Assembly (NCBI GenBank): GCA_951406725.2
Contig: OX597830.1
Location: 30,318,001 to 30,382,000, forward strand
Reading direction: 5' to 3'
DNA length: 64,000 bases
From: Octopus vulgaris
Lineage: Eukaryota
Below, piece after piece: positions 61,381 to 64,000 of the stretch (its first letter is position 1; every line of letters starts with the position of its first letter). The notes under the pieces were generated by a model, which was not told the DNA's origin, searched no databases, and saw nothing but the letters and a program-made list of their open reading frames with translations. A program made the position numbers and the translations under genes.

Positions 61381-62266
61381 CGAGAGGGTACCCAAAATAA
61401 ACCGGAATTTTGAAATATTATTATATTCACTTAGTTTTATATGTTTACGCCTTTACGCTTTCAGAGTAATCTCCATTTTAAGCAATGCATCAGTCCAGGC
61501 GCGTTTTCCACAATTCGAAGCAGTGCTGGAACTCTTACGAAGTGATGCCTTTTAACGCCTCTGTCATGTTTTTCTTCGCCTCTTCCACATCTGCAACATC
61601 CGTAGCACCAGCTTTTGCCACCTTCGCAAAAATGTCTCGATCAACTTGCAACTGTTCTTTTAGTTCACAACAAGCGTTCAATCGTGACTGCTCTTGATCT
61701 TCCGTGAGCAAGCGAGGTACATATTTTACTGCAATTTTCTTCATTCGCTATTCCTCGCTCAAAATTCGTTAGCAGGAGCTCCAGGACTCACTGGTCATAT
61801 CAACAAGTTCGCCAATTATTCCGTGACAGTCCTCCAATATGAGTTCATGAATTTTCATTCGTTCGGGAGGCCGCCGGTCATCCTGAACGAGGTTGGTCTT
61901 CAAGTGACAAATGACCATTCTTAAAGCGTGGAAACCACTCGTAAACTTGCGTTTTACTCATGGCAGCGTCTTTATAAGCTGTTTCAAGGATGATTACTGT
62001 CTCGGCCGCAGTTTTCCCCAGGAGAAAACAAAATTTCACGGAAGCACGCTATTCCTTCGTTTCAGCCATCGCAAAATTCGACGAACATAGGATAAGAACT
62101 GTAAAACAAAAATGCACCACGTGGCAATACGACTTAACTCGAGGACGCCGGTCGGCCGACTGATATCTGAAGGTTATATCAAATGACGTCTAGCGGCAGA
62201 AGCCCGAACTACAACGGGTGTTTGTCCCAAAGAGAACGTTTCTGTCTGCTTTCGAGTACCTCCTCG
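61381..62266 (-). mobile_element. Mariner transposon, internally deleted and pseudogenised
   Basis: TIRs TA|CGAGAGGGTACCCAAAA and TTTCGAGTACCTCCTCG; MAETKE*RASVKFCFLLGKTAAET..VYEWF..PRSG, KYVPRLLT (WVPHEL-like) jumps to ..FQHCFELWKTRLD*CIA; the catalytic core is missing. Confidence 0.92.
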
Positions 62267-62288
62267 CACACACACACACACATATATA

Positions 62289-62357
<69 letters not shown>

Positions 62358-62579
62358 TATATATGTATATATGCATGTATATATACCATATTTTTATTTA
62401 GAGTAAAAGACAGAAAACCCATAAATAGGACAGTTTGATTATGTTATGAGAATAGTAATTTATTAATTGTATATTAATATATATGTATTTTTTTCCAATA
62501 AACATATGAACATGTCCAATATATTTTTGGACCAAGTATGGTATGTGTGGAGTCCGATACATATTTGTCCTGTTGAGTA

Positions 62580-63710
62580 AACAGTAATAATTTTACATAA
62601 GCAAATGTTATCGCAAAATCAAAATAATAGAAGACTGCACTCTTCGATGGGTTGAGAAAATATTACTATGTATGTTTGAACTAAGACTTGGAACATTTGA
62701 TGTTATTGTGTTATAGCGCCTGTTTTTGTAGATTCTACATTTATATTAGATTGTAGAAGACATAGATGACATCTGATCGGACTATGCAAATCCCTTAATG
62801 CCATCTGTTCGTTGTCTCGCTTGGTAGATTTTCTGTGAAATGGTAACTGTCGGTTTAAGACAATTCTAAATTGGTGGTTTTGACGTTAGTATGCGAGCTT
62901 TGGTAGCACCGAATCCCGTTATTTAAAGGTCTGATCTATTCACTGAAATAGAAATATCTTTTGATGATTGTAGCGTCGGCATGTATAGTGATGACAGGCT
63001 CATGATTTCAAATACACACCAGCAACATCTACGAACCTAACAATAAACACTAGGAAGGGAAATGTAATATTGTATTATACAACATATAATACATTCAAAA
63101 AGCTATAGCTGCTATAATTCTTTTTTTTTTTCCTTGATCGACCTGTATTTTCTTCTGGTTGATTAGACAAAAATAATTTTAGCAAATTTTCGACAAGAAC
63201 AACATAAAGGAGATCTACAACTGCCCGTAGAATACCTTGGGTAAAATCAAAAGCCATAGTACCAAAATGTTCGTACAACTACCATTTAATATTTCACTCG
63301 GTACGGTACTCCTAATAAAGTTCAGCTCCTACCTACTGGTATTATTTATTCTTGAGTAGCTCATCCGCCTCTAACAAACTATGTCCTTTTAATGTTGTTG
63401 AGTCTCCTCAGACTCTCTTCCTTGGACAGGCCCAATAAAAGGCTGATTTAGGTATTATTGAATGATATGATTACCAGTTCTGTCAACCTGTGGCGGAATT
63501 CGTCCTGGCGTGACCAAAGCAGACTACCGACAACAGGATACGAATTATCTAACTTCTCTCTTGGTTGCCTGTTACTATAACCACAAGACGTATGTGCATC
63601 AACGTAACTTTACTCTCCGGTGCATTGCACACCGATGTTGCTTATATATGTAGCTAGAAGATTGCAGGTAACATTTATACGAATAGCTGGTTTCGAATGA
63701 ACTTAGAACA
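62580..63710 (+). pseudogene. Highly decayed Penelope-like RT remnant
   Basis: FDVSM, VGMYSDDRL (cf. VGLYRDDGL) at ~62975-63001, and QIFDKNNIKEIYNC at ~63183-63224 (cf. [14 protein letters not shown] at ~9000); boundaries are approximate. Confidence 0.6.
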
Positions 63711-64000
63711 TTAATTATTTCGTTTTTGTTTCTTTTCTTGTTTTACTTCCACATGTTAATCCCATTTAAACTTTGGGAAAGAAGAGGCAAAGAGCCGGAA
63801 GTGGTGAGTTAGAGATACAAAAGTCGATTTAAATAGTCCGAACATCCCTATCTAATTTAATTCGTTGCTGCCATGTATCTTATTTAAAACATTGCTTGTC
63901 ATCAGTCGCAATTTGGTTGCAGTGAAACAAATTGATTCATTAAGTACATTGAATTAATTGCAGTGTGTGTCTGTGTGTGAACGAGAGAGAGAGAGAGAGA

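Overview
This is AT-rich eukaryotic DNA saturated with microsatellites and containing no intact protein-coding gene. The tRNA-derived SINE families and the density of (TA)n/(CA)n/(ATT)n/(ATC)n/(GATA)n tracts suggest a coleoid cephalopod, probably Octopus (inference). Almost all ORFs in the track are read-throughs of simple repeats or SINEs. Recognisable coding remnants are all transposon-derived: two Penelope-like elements, L1/Tx1 ORF1 and APE/RT pieces, R4/Dong RT and RLE pieces, RTE and CR1/L2 pieces, and an internally deleted mariner. There are also a non-autonomous Helitron, hAT-like and other MITEs, and more than 25 SINE copies. The SINE family names A-E and tail names T1-T5 are my own working labels. 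The most interesting signals are: (i) a set of Penelope-type minimal hammerhead-ribozyme motifs, including small elements that join a tRNA-like Pol III head to a hammerhead tail; (ii) combinatorial swapping of SINE heads and tails; (iii) a pre-miRNA-sized hairpin; and (iv) a few candidate minus-strand exons, suggesting the window may be long introns of a host transcript. All calls were made by eye without alignment or folding tools.
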